A stretch of 64,000 nucleotides of DNA from Candidatus Omnitrophota bacterium. GTDB lineage: Bacteria > Omnitrophota > Omnitrophia > Omnitrophales > Aquincolibacteriaceae. Each line of letters begins with the position of its first letter. The stretch's first letter is position 1. Of the stretch, positions 48,353 to 59,247 are shown one piece after another. The stretch lies in the NCBI GenBank assembly GCA_043803685.1, contig JAZDJU010000031.1, positions 1 through 64,000 on the forward strand, given 5' to 3'. The translations under genes were made by a program, and so were the position numbers. The notes beneath the pieces are model-generated. The model did not search any database, had not been told where the DNA came from, and saw nothing but the letters and a program-made list of their open reading frames with translations.

Positions 48353-49792
48353 TCAGACTTGGCCCGCCTGAGAATCAGGACGAGGCTCGCCCGTCTTCGC
48401 AGGATGGCCGATCACCCGAAGGAACGCCTTCACGACCTCGGGCCGGAATTGGGTGCCACTCGCACGTTCGATCTCACCAACCGCAACCTCATGCGTCAGC
48501 GGTTGGCGGTAGGGTCGTATCGAAGTCATGGCATCATAAGCGTCAGCAATGGATACGATCTGGGACGCCTGATCGATCTCTTCTCCCTTGAGACCATCGG
48601 GATAGCCCGCACCGTCCACACGCTCATGATGCGACCGTATCACACGCAGCAGTTCGGGGTCGAGGACCGGTTCCAGGATCCTTTCCCCGGTCACGGGATG
48701 CTCCTTCATGGCCACCCACTCTTCGGCGTTGAGCTTGCCTTTTTTATTCAAGATCGCTTCCCGGACGACAAGTTTTCCGACATCGTGAAGCTCGGCAACG
48801 CACCAGACGAGTTCCGCCTTTTCGGGGTTCAGGCCAAGCTCAAGCGCCACTTGACGCGCCAAGTGCGCCACGCGCTCGGAATGACCCTGCGTATAAGAGT
48901 CCTTCGCTTCCAAGGCCCGCACAAGCGCCTGGGCCACCTTGAAAAAATAATTCTGAAGACGCTTGCGGGAATCCGAAAGGCTCTCGGCCATCTTATTGAA
49001 GGAATCCGCCAATTCTCCGATCTCGTCTTTCGATCGCACGACAACCCGGTAATCCAGATTATCCTTGGCCAGCTGCCGCGTGCCCTCCGCGAGCTTTCGC
49101 ACCGGACCCGAAACATTTCCGGCGATAAATATCCCGAGCACACAGCAAAGGAGGATCCCGGAGAAAAATACGACCGCCATGCGTTGTTTCACTTCCTGCT
49201 GCATCTTGGCGATATCATTCGCCAGAATGTCCACACCAATGATCGCGATGACTTTCCCGTCCTTCGCGAAGATCGGAGCATAACCAGACAGCACCAACCC
49301 CCAGGGATCCTCCGCAAGTTCACGATCCGCGGAAGGCTTATCAAAAGCCGCGAGCATTTCAGGAAGACGGCGGGCATCATAAAGATCCCCGGGACGCGCA
49401 GCCCCGCGGACCGTATGCCCTTCCCGGGTCGGAACGTCCGTATCGACCAAAAACCGCAACATCCCGGGAGTCTCCGTCTTCGCCATGATGTAGATGTATT
49501 GAAGCGGGCTATTGCGTTCGACCACCCTGTAAAGCTTGGAGGCTATCTCACGGTAAGCGGGACTCCGGACCCCTTCCCGCGTCAGAGGGATCGTCTGAAG
49601 CGCCTCGGCATCGACCGCCAAGGAAGCGGTCTGGGCAATAGCGATGAGAGACTTTCGCAGTTGTTCGAAATTGGAGGCGAGATTAAAACGATAGACGAAA
49701 AAATTATTCAATCCCGTGACAAAGACCATCGCAAGAACCAAGGCCAGCGTCACGCGCGTCTTAAAACTATAAAAAAAAGCCCTGTTTTTCAT
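48353..49792 (-). CDS. Membrane sensor HAMP/HD-GYP phosphodiesterase
   Basis: 2 TM + Cache-like domain, HAMP 'DEIGELADSFNKM', 'HSERV', 'LHDVGK', 'HHERVDGAGYPDGL'. Confidence 0.93.
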   Translation of the reverse strand: MKNRAFFYSFKTRVTLALVLAMVFVTGLNNFFVYRFNLASNFEQLRKSLIAIAQTASLAVDAEALQTIPLTREGVRSPAYREIASKLYRVVERNSPLQYIYIMAKTETPGMLRFLVDTDVPTREGHTVRGAARPGDLYDARRLPEMLAAFDKPSADRELAEDPWGLVLSGYAPIFAKDGKVIAIIGVDILANDIAKMQQEVKQRMAVVFFSGILLCCVLGIFIAGNVSGPVRKLAEGTRQLAKDNLDYRVVVRSKDEIGELADSFNKMAESLSDSRKRLQNYFFKVAQALVRALEAKDSYTQGHSERVAHLARQVALELGLNPEKAELVWCVAELHDVGKLVVREAILNKKGKLNAEEWVAMKEHPVTGERILEPVLDPELLRVIRSHHERVDGAGYPDGLKGEEIDQASQIVSIADAYDAMTSIRPYRQPLTHEVAVGEIERASGTQFRPEVVKAFLRVIGHPAKTGEPRPDSQAGQV

Positions 49793-49823
49793 CCACATCT
49801 CCCGGTCTGAAGGACCGAACGGC

Positions 49824-50630
49824 TCACTCCCCGATTTGAGGCCGGCTCCTTCTCTGGACCGCGAGCACTTCTTTCGCTTTATCCAACAGGATGTCGGGAT
49901 CATTTCTTTCGATCAGCTGAGTATCGATCACGCGACAGATGCTCTTCACGGCCGTACGATCAAAAGAGGGATCGGGTGCCATGTACAAGAGCACGGGAAT
50001 GTCCATCGTTCGCGGCATCTGCTTGAGCTTCATACAGACCAGATCCCCCGAAATGTCCGGAAGTCCCAATTTGATCACGATAAGATCAGGGAGTTCGACC
50101 ATGATCTTTTCAAACGCCGTCAACGCGCTTAAAGCGGATTCCACCGCGTACCCGGCATTCAGAAAAGATATGGCGATCTTCCCCAGGGCCACCTCATCAT
50201 CGTCCACCACCAGGATCTTTTTGGCCCCCTTGGCGATTTTCTCTTCTTCCGCGTCCGGGATGTTATACCGTTTCTTCATCACAACATCGATCTCGCGCAT
50301 GACATCCTCGACGTCAAAGGGCTTGGTGATGAACCCGTCCACATCCAGGTCCTTGAAAAGCTTTCCTAATTCTTCGCGCACCGTCAAGACGATGAGCGGA
50401 ACGACCGGCTTTCCTTTTCCCAACATGATCTTTCCGTAAAGTTCGATCCCGTTCATCTTGGGCATATTGATGTCCAGGATCACAAGGTCCGGATACTTTT
50501 CGAAGATCATGGCGAGACCTTTTTGCCCATCCACCGCTTCGAGGACCTTGTATTTGGTCTCCAGATAGAACCGGAGGATCTTCCGGACCTCTTCCGAATC
50601 GTCGATCACAAGCACCGTTTTCATGTCCAT
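49824..50630 (-). CDS. Double-receiver response regulator
   Basis: First REC canonical ('DLVILDINMP'); second lacks the phospho-Asp ('DLIVIKLGLP'). Confidence 0.88.
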   Translation of the reverse strand: MDMKTVLVIDDSEEVRKILRFYLETKYKVLEAVDGQKGLAMIFEKYPDLVILDINMPKMNGIELYGKIMLGKGKPVVPLIVLTVREELGKLFKDLDVDGFITKPFDVEDVMREIDVVMKKRYNIPDAEEEKIAKGAKKILVVDDDEVALGKIAISFLNAGYAVESALSALTAFEKIMVELPDLIVIKLGLPDISGDLVCMKLKQMPRTMDIPVLLYMAPDPSFDRTAVKSICRVIDTQLIERNDPDILLDKAKEVLAVQRRSRPQIGE

Positions 50631-50643
50631 AAGATATCCGCTC

Positions 50644-50964
50644 CTATATGTTTTTTTTCAATTCTTCCATGAGACTTTTCAAACTCTTCACCCGTAACTC
50701 GATCGTTTCCAGGTCCAGCCCGATCTTCGCCGCCGTCTCCAACTCCTTGGCCGTCAAATAGATCTCTTCGATCCTCAGATTCCCGGCAGCCCCCTTGATG
50801 AAGTGGGCCGATCTCGCGATCTTTTCAAAATCCTTTTCCTGAAAAGCCTTTTCAAGATCCAGCATCACGCCTTCGGACTGGCCGGAAAATCCGACCACAA
50901 GCCCGTCATAAAGCCCTTCGGGGATCCCCAGTTCCTGGAGAGCCTTTTGCCTGTCCCACTTCAT
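50644..50964 (-). CDS. Hpt phosphotransfer protein
   Basis: 'AHFIKGAAGNL'. Confidence 0.9.
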   Translation of the reverse strand: MKWDRQKALQELGIPEGLYDGLVVGFSGQSEGVMLDLEKAFQEKDFEKIARSAHFIKGAAGNLRIEEIYLTAKELETAAKIGLDLETIELRVKSLKSLMEELKKNI

Positions 50965-51000
50965 ACAATGCCCCGCTTCCCGCCCTTGATAGAGCCTATT

Positions 51001-54000
51001 TTAGGAAATATTCTTGATCCAGTGAAAGATCTTATCCTTGAGTTTATTGATTTCAATGGGTTTCGCAAGATAATCGTTCATCCCCGCCGCAAGACATGTG
51101 GCTCTATCATCCTCCGAGACCCCTGCGGTGAGCGCCAGGATAGGCATGGTTTTATGGAGTTCCTTCCGGATGATCCGCGTCGCTTCAAGGCCTCCCATGA
51201 CGGGCATTTGAAGATCCATCAAGATCAGATCACAGGGCTCCTTCTGCACCTTTTCCACAGCCTCACGTCCATCACAAGCGATTTCGACCACAAAATCGAA
51301 ACTCCGGAGGATGATCGAAAGAAGTTCCTGGGAAGACGGATTGTCTTCCACCACCAGGATCCGAAGTCCTTTGCGCGACAATTCTTCCGCCGTATATTGG
51401 GTCACGATCTCCACAGGAAGGATCTTTTCCCTTCGATCTCCCAAAACAGTTTTGATGACCTTCAAAAGATTGTCTCTGGAGGCGGGTTTGGACACATAGC
51501 CGTCATACCCGCTTTGTTGCGCCCTGGAAGCCGCCCCCTCCCGCGCCTCTCCCGTGACCGCGACCAATTTGATCGTTTCATATTTCTTATTATTCCGTAT
51601 TTTTCGAGCCAGCTCATACCCGTCCATATCGGGCATCACGATATCCGCAAGAATGATATCCGGAAGCAACGACTGCTCTGACAACCACTGCAAAGCGTCT
51701 TGGGCAAGCGCGGACGAACGCAACACCACCATCTGGACTTCTTCGCAATAATAAGAAAAGATCTTCCGGGCCATTGCATCATCGTCAAGAATGAGGATCT
51801 TCTTGCCCGAAAGTTCCTCATCCTTCAAAGGAAATATCTGGACATCATTCGCCGCCGATTCCACTTCGAGCGGCAGCAAGACTGAAAAAACGCTTCCCTG
51901 ACCGGGCTCGGACTGGACCTCAATCGTCCCTCCCATCAGCTTGACAAGTTCCCTGGAGATCGAAAGTCCCAACCCCGCTCCTCCATACTTGCGCGTCGTG
52001 GAAACATCCGCTTGCTCAAAAGCTCTGAAAACAGCTTCGTATTTTTCACGCGAAAGACCGATCCCCGTATCCCTCACCGCAATCCGGATCATGGCCTCAT
52101 TGACTGGATCTCTATTTTCCATCTTCCCATCCAGCGACACCCGGACCTCGATCTCCCCTTTTTCGGTGAACTTGATCGCATTGCTCAAAAGGTGCATTAA
52201 AACCTGCCGGATCCGGGCAGGGTCCCCGCGAAATCCGTGCGGCACTTTTTCGTCCATCGAACAAAAGATCTTCAGATCTTTTCGGCTGAGTTTTCTCATA
52301 TGAGCCTTGAGCACACCTTCGATCAGGCGTTCGAGGTCGAAATGGATCTTTCCAGGTCGCACTTCCCCGGACGCCATCCTTGAAAAATCCAGCACATCCG
52401 TAAGCAGGGAAAGCAATGTTTCCCCTCCGTCCCGAAGCGTCTCGACGTATCCTTTTTGGACAGGATCCAAACTCGTGCTTTTTAAAAGATCCGAAAAACC
52501 GATAATGGCATTCAGCGGAGTGCGGATCTCATGAGACATGTTGGACAAAAACTGGTCTTTGGCTTTATGGGCCCGGGCCGCTTTCTCGATGGACTCAATA
52601 AGCAATATTTCGGCTTGCTTCCGGTCCGTAATATCACTGAGGATCCCGTCGTAGGACATGAGGCGCCCCGAAGGATCCATGTGAAGCACGGGTGTATTCC
52701 GGACCCAACGGACCGTACCATCCTTACGCAAAATGCGATGTTCGAGAGGTTGAACGGTTTTTCCTGCAATGACCGCGGCCGAAAATTCGAGCACCCTCGG
52801 ACGATCCTCTGGATACACCATATTTTCCCAAAGAGCCGGTTGGGTCTTGAACTCGTCGGCGGCATAGCCAGTCACCGCCAAACAGGTCGATTGATGGGTC
52901 GTCTCAACCGCCACGCCATCTTTCACCGTCACGGTGTAGATATAATCTGTGATCGTCGCGAGGATCTGCTGGGTATAGGCCTGGGTCTTTGCTAACTCCG
53001 CGGTTCGCTCGCAAACTCGCGCTTCCAATTCATTGTGAGCTTGTCGCAGGGCTTCTTCCGCCTTTTTTCGTTTGGTTATGTCCCTCGCACAACCCAAGAC
53101 CTGAACCTTCCCCTGGATCTTCACAGGAAAAAGTCTTACCTCCGCCACCACAACACTTCCGTCCCTGCGGTGAAGTGTGTACTCCTCAGGATCGGAAGGA
53201 AACCCCAGGGTACTCCTCGCAAGAGCCGCGGCGGCTTTCGGCATATCCGAAAGAGCTATGAGTTTCATTTTCATAAAACTTTTCCCCATCAATTCTTCCT
53301 TTGGGTAACCGCATATTTCTTCCGCTGCCTTATTGCCGTCCAGAAAAGTCCCCGTGAGATCGAACAGATAATAGGCGTCGGGAGCATAATCAAATATGAC
53401 CTTGAGCCTGTCCTCCGAATCCTTCAGTTTTAAATTCGCCTGGATCCGATCGGTGATATCACGACTTTCCGCGATCAATAGCGAAACCTTTCCTCTTGAG
53501 TCCTTGACCGGCTTCAATGAAAAATCAAGAGAACGAAGCTCTCCGTCTTTGAATGGATGCGTCACTTCGAACCGGACAAACTCACCTTGGGACGCCTTGG
53601 CGATGGCCGCGCGTAATTGGTCCTGCATCTCAGAAGAATGGGTCCACCAAGGTGTCTCCCAAAAGCGTTTCCCCAGGACGTCGGATTCCTTGATCCCCTC
53701 AAATTCAAGTGCCGTTCTGTTCGCGGCCGTGAGAATACCCTCCGGCGTCAGCAATCCGATCAATTGAAAGGCCTGGTCAAAAACCGCGCGGAATTTTCTC
53801 TCATGTTCCGAACCGATTTCCTCGGCTCTATCCAGTTCGCGCAACTGCCCCTCCAACGCATCATACGCCCTCTGCAAAGAATCCTCAGCGGTCTTGCGTT
53901 CGGTCGCTTCCTTGACCCAAGCGTCACGTGAGACCATTGTCCGCTCCAGATTCTCGGCAAGCCGGTCGAAGGCCTCGCCCAACACCTGGACCTCGCCCGA

Positions 54001-55053
54001 AGCTTTCGCATGAACCCGCAACGTCAGGTCCCCTTGCGAAAATCTCCGCACGGAATCAATAAGCTCCCTCATCGGACGCGAAAAATTCTTCGATACGATC
54101 CGGATCAAGATGCCAAGAAACAGGATGGCCAAAAATAAAAGGATCAGAGAATAGATCAGAACATTCTGCATTCCTCTTTGGAATACTTTGGGCGAGGCTC
54201 TGAAGGTAACGTTGAACAGGGGCCGGACGTACGGACTCAGCCTGATCTCTTTCGAAAGATCATAGAAATCAACGGGCTTGCCCTTCTCCGTTGGATTTTT
54301 CACGGGAGAAGTGGCGACGTCAGCGCTTTCGGGTGGGAACATCTGCTGATCATTCAAGGAAGTAACCCTGGCCACCCGCTCCCCAAAGAATTGAACTCCC
54401 GCCAAGTCGGTAAAGAATTTCGACAGATCGCAATGAAAGATCAGAACGCCCGCCGTCCCTGCAATCTCCGGATCGCCCTTGGTCATCCCCACTAAAAAAG
54501 TCCATTTCCCTTTAAACTTGAAAGGATCTTCGCACAATATTGTGCCGGCGGGTTTCGATATCAGCTTTGAGAATAAGGTGGAGATCCCGATATGTAGCGC
54601 GTCTTCAGGCGCCGCCGCAAGCGAGACGTAATTCTTTATTCGCTTATTCCCTTCCACGACGATCTTTTCAAGGCCCACCGCGTCAATGAACCTGAGCGAC
54701 AAATAGATCCCGTTATCCCTGCGGGTAAAACTCAGGAACAGCCGCTCGGCCGGAGATTTTGCTAATAAAATCTCGTTTTTCTGCGCGCTCAAATAATAAT
54801 CGAACGCGAAAGCGTATTGGAGGAATTTGAAATCGTTCTCAATGGGAAAGGCGTAGGTAGCATTAAAATCATCCACGGCATCCGTCAATAAATCCGAGAA
54901 CTGGGATTTTAATTCTTTGGCAATAAGCTCTCTTTGAAAAAAATAGCTGCTTATCTGCAGAACAGTGATCGCGATCAGGCTGGCGACAATAATAGGAACC
55001 ACGATCTGCTGGAAGATCGTCGGCCCTTTCTGAGAGATCACTTCATCTTTCAT
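51001..55053 (-). CDS. Hybrid histidine kinase (TM-HAMP-3xPAS-HisKA-HATPase-2xREC)
   Basis: 'FLSNMSHEIRTPLNAI', 'NAIKFT', 'DTGIG', 'GAGLGLSI'; PAS repeats; two REC domains. Confidence 0.95.
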   Translation of the reverse strand: MKDEVISQKGPTIFQQIVVPIIVASLIAITVLQISSYFFQRELIAKELKSQFSDLLTDAVDDFNATYAFPIENDFKFLQYAFAFDYYLSAQKNEILLAKSPAERLFLSFTRRDNGIYLSLRFIDAVGLEKIVVEGNKRIKNYVSLAAAPEDALHIGISTLFSKLISKPAGTILCEDPFKFKGKWTFLVGMTKGDPEIAGTAGVLIFHCDLSKFFTDLAGVQFFGERVARVTSLNDQQMFPPESADVATSPVKNPTEKGKPVDFYDLSKEIRLSPYVRPLFNVTFRASPKVFQRGMQNVLIYSLILLFLAILFLGILIRIVSKNFSRPMRELIDSVRRFSQGDLTLRVHAKASGEVQVLGEAFDRLAENLERTMVSRDAWVKEATERKTAEDSLQRAYDALEGQLRELDRAEEIGSEHERKFRAVFDQAFQLIGLLTPEGILTAANRTALEFEGIKESDVLGKRFWETPWWTHSSEMQDQLRAAIAKASQGEFVRFEVTHPFKDGELRSLDFSLKPVKDSRGKVSLLIAESRDITDRIQANLKLKDSEDRLKVIFDYAPDAYYLFDLTGTFLDGNKAAEEICGYPKEELMGKSFMKMKLIALSDMPKAAAALARSTLGFPSDPEEYTLHRRDGSVVVAEVRLFPVKIQGKVQVLGCARDITKRKKAEEALRQAHNELEARVCERTAELAKTQAYTQQILATITDYIYTVTVKDGVAVETTHQSTCLAVTGYAADEFKTQPALWENMVYPEDRPRVLEFSAAVIAGKTVQPLEHRILRKDGTVRWVRNTPVLHMDPSGRLMSYDGILSDITDRKQAEILLIESIEKAARAHKAKDQFLSNMSHEIRTPLNAIIGFSDLLKSTSLDPVQKGYVETLRDGGETLLSLLTDVLDFSRMASGEVRPGKIHFDLERLIEGVLKAHMRKLSRKDLKIFCSMDEKVPHGFRGDPARIRQVLMHLLSNAIKFTEKGEIEVRVSLDGKMENRDPVNEAMIRIAVRDTGIGLSREKYEAVFRAFEQADVSTTRKYGGAGLGLSISRELVKLMGGTIEVQSEPGQGSVFSVLLPLEVESAANDVQIFPLKDEELSGKKILILDDDAMARKIFSYYCEEVQMVVLRSSALAQDALQWLSEQSLLPDIILADIVMPDMDGYELARKIRNNKKYETIKLVAVTGEAREGAASRAQQSGYDGYVSKPASRDNLLKVIKTVLGDRREKILPVEIVTQYTAEELSRKGLRILVVEDNPSSQELLSIILRSFDFVVEIACDGREAVEKVQKEPCDLILMDLQMPVMGGLEATRIIRKELHKTMPILALTAGVSEDDRATCLAAGMNDYLAKPIEINKLKDKIFHWIKNIS

Positions 55054-55061
55054 AAACTTCC

Positions 55062-56175
55062 TTATTGGGGAGACGGATACTTTTCTAAAGCCAAAGACTT
55101 ATCCACATATTCCTCGATGAATGCTTGGCTCGACAGATCGACACCTAACATCCCGGCCCTCTGACGGTTCACCATGACCGCACCCCGGTAAGGCGCCACC
55201 ACCGGAATCACCGCAGGATCTTTTTTCTCAAAAAGGATCTGATGAGCGATCTTGACGGCCTCATACCCCTGTTTAAAACCGGAATCATCGACAGCGATGA
55301 GTACCCCTTCTTCAACAAATTGCTTCTCATCCGTGCAGTCGGGTTTCTTTACGTTTTTCAAATACCACGCGCTTGCCTCCAACGGATCCACGGCCTTCCC
55401 CGACGGATCTTTCAAGGTGTTATGATTGAAGATGAAAAACGAATCCGTTTTATCGCGAAATCTCAAAATTTCCGCCTTCCATTCCGAAAACGAATCCGTC
55501 ACGATTGAAGCTGTCAGCTTCAAACCAAGCCGTCCCTCGACCGCAAGACTCTCGATCTTTTTGGCTTTGGCCCTGCCAGTCGATGAATCATCCGAAAGCA
55601 CGACAAGGGTGGAAATGCCAGGAGCCAGTTTCTTTAAGCACCCCAAAGTTTCTCTCAGATACCCCGTCTGATAAACACCCGTAACATTATGGCCGGGAGA
55701 CTCCAGAGTTTCTACGAGACCATACTTCGTGGGATCGACATTGACCCCCCCAGAAAACAACGGGGATCCCGGTATCCACGAACTCATTACCGATGTAGTT
55801 GGCCGCATTGTCATCCCCTAAAAGGATCAGATCGGGCTTGAATTCATGGATCTCTTCCGTGATCTTGGCGGCAGCTTCGGCAATTTCACTCCTTGCGTTT
55901 TTTCGCTTGGTGTCCATCCAGGCTTTTCGGATGACCACTTTTTCAGTTTCCACAAAATCATTCCGGGTCAACTCCTCGCCCTGCGCCTTATTATCCAAAA
56001 ATTTAAACTCCAGCAACGCTGCGCATACACCCGCGTTCGTATCCTGGGACCAAAGATATTCCCGGTGATAGCTGCTCACGATGAATATTCTCATCTTCCC
56101 CGGATCCGCGAAACTTGTTACGGCTGAACACAACACAAAAAACAGAACAAGGAAAACCTTCGCCCATTTTTTCAT
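55062..56175 (-). pseudogene. ABC-type substrate-binding sensor protein split by +1 G in a G7 tract
   Basis: ORF 55687-56175 reads '...PVVFWGG' and ORF 55062-55814 continues 'GVNVDP...'; six instead of seven C at 55745-55751 restores 'PVVFWGVN'. Confidence 0.8.
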
Positions 56176-56612
56176 GCGAGTGATCTCATCTTTCTTTTCG
56201 AGAAGAACCGGAACGCGTTAGTTCAAACCGATCGAGCACCTTTTCCTGAAATGCCTGCCTATAGAGAAAAAGCCCGGGCGTCACGAAAAGCGTCACGGCT
56301 TGGAAAAGGCAAGCCCGCCCATCACCACGAGCCCGATCCTTCCCTCCCGGGAGCGCTGGGGAAGCATCATGCAAACGACCCCCAGCCCAAGGAAAGAAAA
56401 GCCGTAGATAAAAAAAGAAGTCGCGTTGGCCCTTAAAAAATCGCTCCATTAAAATTCCCTCTGAGCGCTAAAAAAAATAATGCTAAAACAGATCCCACCG
56501 CCTGTAAGATCCGAAGCGTTCAAGTATCGTCACTTTCAACTCCCAAATACACTTCCCCATTGCCTCAACGCGACGACCCAGGAAAACACCACGTTCGGGA
56601 GCCCTCACACGG

Positions 56613-58016
56613 TCAGGCCTTTTCCGTTTCCTGCTGCCATCCGCCGCCGAGCGCGCGATAAAGCTGGACATAGTAATTGAGTTGTGCGCCTTGTGTGAGC
56701 GCAAGGCTGTTTTGAGCGGTATAATATTGCTGGTCCGCGTCCAGAACCTCCGTGTAGCTTGAGAGGCCCTCTTCATACCGGGCTTGTGAAAGCTTGACGG
56801 CCTCTTTCAGGGCCGCAACTTGTTTTTCCTGCTCCTCACGGACTTTTTGGCTCTTTTCAATTCCCACCAGCGCGTCCGCCACCTCCTGGAATGCGGTCAG
56901 CACCGTCTGTTTATAAAACGCGAAGGACTGTTGCCATTTCGCTTGGGCGGCTTTGTAACCATAAACATTTTTCCCGCCCTTAAAAAGAGGCATATCTACA
57001 TTACCGCCAATCGACCACGTGTATCCCTTCCCGTTGAAGATCTGGGAGGGCCGCTCGCCGCCACCGCCCACAAAATGGGTCAGATTCACCTTCGGCATGA
57101 ATTCACCGACCGAAACCCCCATCTGCGCATTGGCCGCACGTAAGAGTTGTTCTGCTTCCATGATATCCGGGCGGCGTTTCAATATTTCAGAGGGAAGGCC
57201 GGAACTGGGAAGACCGGGCGCAAAGGACTCCTCGGATATGGAAGCGGTCCGTTGGATCGAACCGGGGTTCCTGCCGAGAAGCTCCGAAAGTTTATTTTCC
57301 TGAACCGCGATCTGGCGCTCGAGCTCTGGAATATTCGCCCCGGTTTGGTCATAGTCGGCTTCGGCCCTCGCGACTTCAAGTCCGGAAGCGGTGCCTCCCT
57401 GAAGACGCTTCTGGAAGAGGTCTAAATTACCGCGGCGGGTCTCCCTCGTATTCTTGGCGATATCCAATTGGAGGTCCAGTTGCAGGATCGTAAAATAAGT
57501 CTGGGCCACATCGGCGACAAGCGTCACCATCACTCCCCGACGGGCGTCCTCCGTCGCTAGGTAATCGGCCTGCGAAGCGCGGATCGCCTGGCGGATCTTT
57601 CCCCAAACGTCCAATTCCCACGCCGTGCTGAAACCACCGGTCATCGTGGAGGTCAGACGGTCAAGGCCCGGATAGAGCGCCTGCGAATTCCGGTCCCGTG
57701 AGATACCGCTCGTCAGATCCGTCTGAGGGAGGATCTGAGACCGGGTCACGCCCACCATGGCACGGGCCTCATCCACGCGGGCGGCCGCAGAGCGCAGATC
57801 ATAGTTATTGAGCAGGGTCTCGCGGATAAGTTCCTGTAGCGTCTTATCGTTGAAGACCTTCCACCACGGAAGATTGACCATCGACTCCCCTTGATCCAGG
57901 GTTTTGTAACTGCGATAGGTCTGCGGCAGTTCCATGGCGGGCTCATGATACCGGGGGCCGATCGCACAGCCGGAAACGAAGAGGGTAAGGACGAAGAAAG
58001 CCGCTTTGAATTTCAT
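56613..58016 (-). CDS. NodT/OprM-family efflux outer membrane lipoprotein
   Basis: Lipobox 'VSGC', 'WWKVFND..L', 'WELDVWG', 'RRPDI..AE', 'LYRALGGGW'. Confidence 0.93.
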   Translation of the reverse strand: MKFKAAFFVLTLFVSGCAIGPRYHEPAMELPQTYRSYKTLDQGESMVNLPWWKVFNDKTLQELIRETLLNNYDLRSAAARVDEARAMVGVTRSQILPQTDLTSGISRDRNSQALYPGLDRLTSTMTGGFSTAWELDVWGKIRQAIRASQADYLATEDARRGVMVTLVADVAQTYFTILQLDLQLDIAKNTRETRRGNLDLFQKRLQGGTASGLEVARAEADYDQTGANIPELERQIAVQENKLSELLGRNPGSIQRTASISEESFAPGLPSSGLPSEILKRRPDIMEAEQLLRAANAQMGVSVGEFMPKVNLTHFVGGGGERPSQIFNGKGYTWSIGGNVDMPLFKGGKNVYGYKAAQAKWQQSFAFYKQTVLTAFQEVADALVGIEKSQKVREEQEKQVAALKEAVKLSQARYEEGLSSYTEVLDADQQYYTAQNSLALTQGAQLNYYVQLYRALGGGWQQETEKA

Positions 58017-58120
58017 TGAATTTCCTCCTTTTTCAGCTGCCGGAAGAGATTAAAAAGATCATGGTCATGTTTTTCAGATTATACCCGCCGCATCCTGCCT
58101 AGTCGAGGCTGAACAGGAAG

Positions 58121-59245
58121 CTATTTTGTTACTGCGATCGATTTCCGGAAAAGTCCCAGGCTATAAATAAAAAATCCGAGACCGATCACGCTCACCATCA
58201 GGAATTGAAGCCAAACCGCGCTAAGTCCCCCACCCCGGTAAATGATCACCTGTGAAAAGCTGACAAAATGCCTGGAAGGTAAAAAGAACGTAATATGCTG
58301 GAGCCATTCAGGTTGGCTTTCAACGGGCGTCGATCCGCCGGAAAGCAGCATCAGCACAAGGACCACCAGGATGTTCAGGAGTGCAAACTGGGCCATGGAC
58401 CGCGAGATCGTCCCGAGGAATATTCCCAATGCCGTCGCGAAGAAAAGGTAGAGAACCACCCCGGAGAACCACAACAGGTGCGAACCGGCAAACGGCACCT
58501 TCAGCGCCATTTGGACCACCCCAAAAAGAGAGATCGCTGTCGCAAGCAGGATCACCAGGCCGTTGGCCCACACCTTTGCCATGGCGATCTCAAAAGCGTT
58601 CAGCGGCATCACGAGCAGATGTTCCAGCGTTCCGTGCTCGCGTTCCCTGATGACCGCGGCACCCGTCAGAACGATCGTCAAAAGAGAGATCTGATTGATA
58701 ATGGCCACGATGCTCAAAAACCAAGAGGCGGTCCCGTTCGGATTGAAAAGCTTGCGGATGATCAGCTGGACGGGCGCGGATTCTTGCTCATCCGTGCGTT
58801 TTAAATAATTCGAGATGCGCTTGTTGATGATGCTCTTGATGTAAGTCGTGCCGATACCTGCCTGCTGCATGGCCGTTGCGTCGATATTGATCTGGATCTC
58901 CGGATTCCGTCCGGCCCGGAGATCATCATCAAACCTCGGCGGGATCGCGACGACGAACATGAACAGCCCTTTATCCATGGCGTCTTCCACTTCGCTTGCG
59001 TTGATCTTTTTGGGCGCCTGAAAACGCGGCGGATAAAAAGCATTGATCAGTTCCTTCGACAACGTGGAGTTGTTCTCATCCACAAAAGCGATCGACGCGT
59101 TATTCACTTCATTCGAAGTGCCCGTCGCCTGAATGTAGATCGCCATCGTGAACGCATAGATGACGAACACAAGCATCACTTTGTCGCTGATCAGACTGCG
59201 GATCTCCTTGAGGCCGAGCCAAAAAATGTTCAAGAGTGACGTCAC
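58121..59245 (-). CDS. yhhJ: ABC-2 permease (YhhJ-like)
   Basis: 'LGLKEIRSL', 'IDATAM..AG', 'IREREHGTLEHLLVMP', 'SGGSTPVESQP'. Confidence 0.88.
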   Translation of the reverse strand: MTSLLNIFWLGLKEIRSLISDKVMLVFVIYAFTMAIYIQATGTSNEVNNASIAFVDENNSTLSKELINAFYPPRFQAPKKINASEVEDAMDKGLFMFVVAIPPRFDDDLRAGRNPEIQINIDATAMQQAGIGTTYIKSIINKRISNYLKRTDEQESAPVQLIIRKLFNPNGTASWFLSIVAIINQISLLTIVLTGAAVIREREHGTLEHLLVMPLNAFEIAMAKVWANGLVILLATAISLFGVVQMALKVPFAGSHLLWFSGVVLYLFFATALGIFLGTISRSMAQFALLNILVVLVLMLLSGGSTPVESQPEWLQHITFFLPSRHFVSFSQVIIYRGGGLSAVWLQFLMVSVIGLGFFIYSLGLFRKSIAVTK

Positions 59246-59247
59246 AA

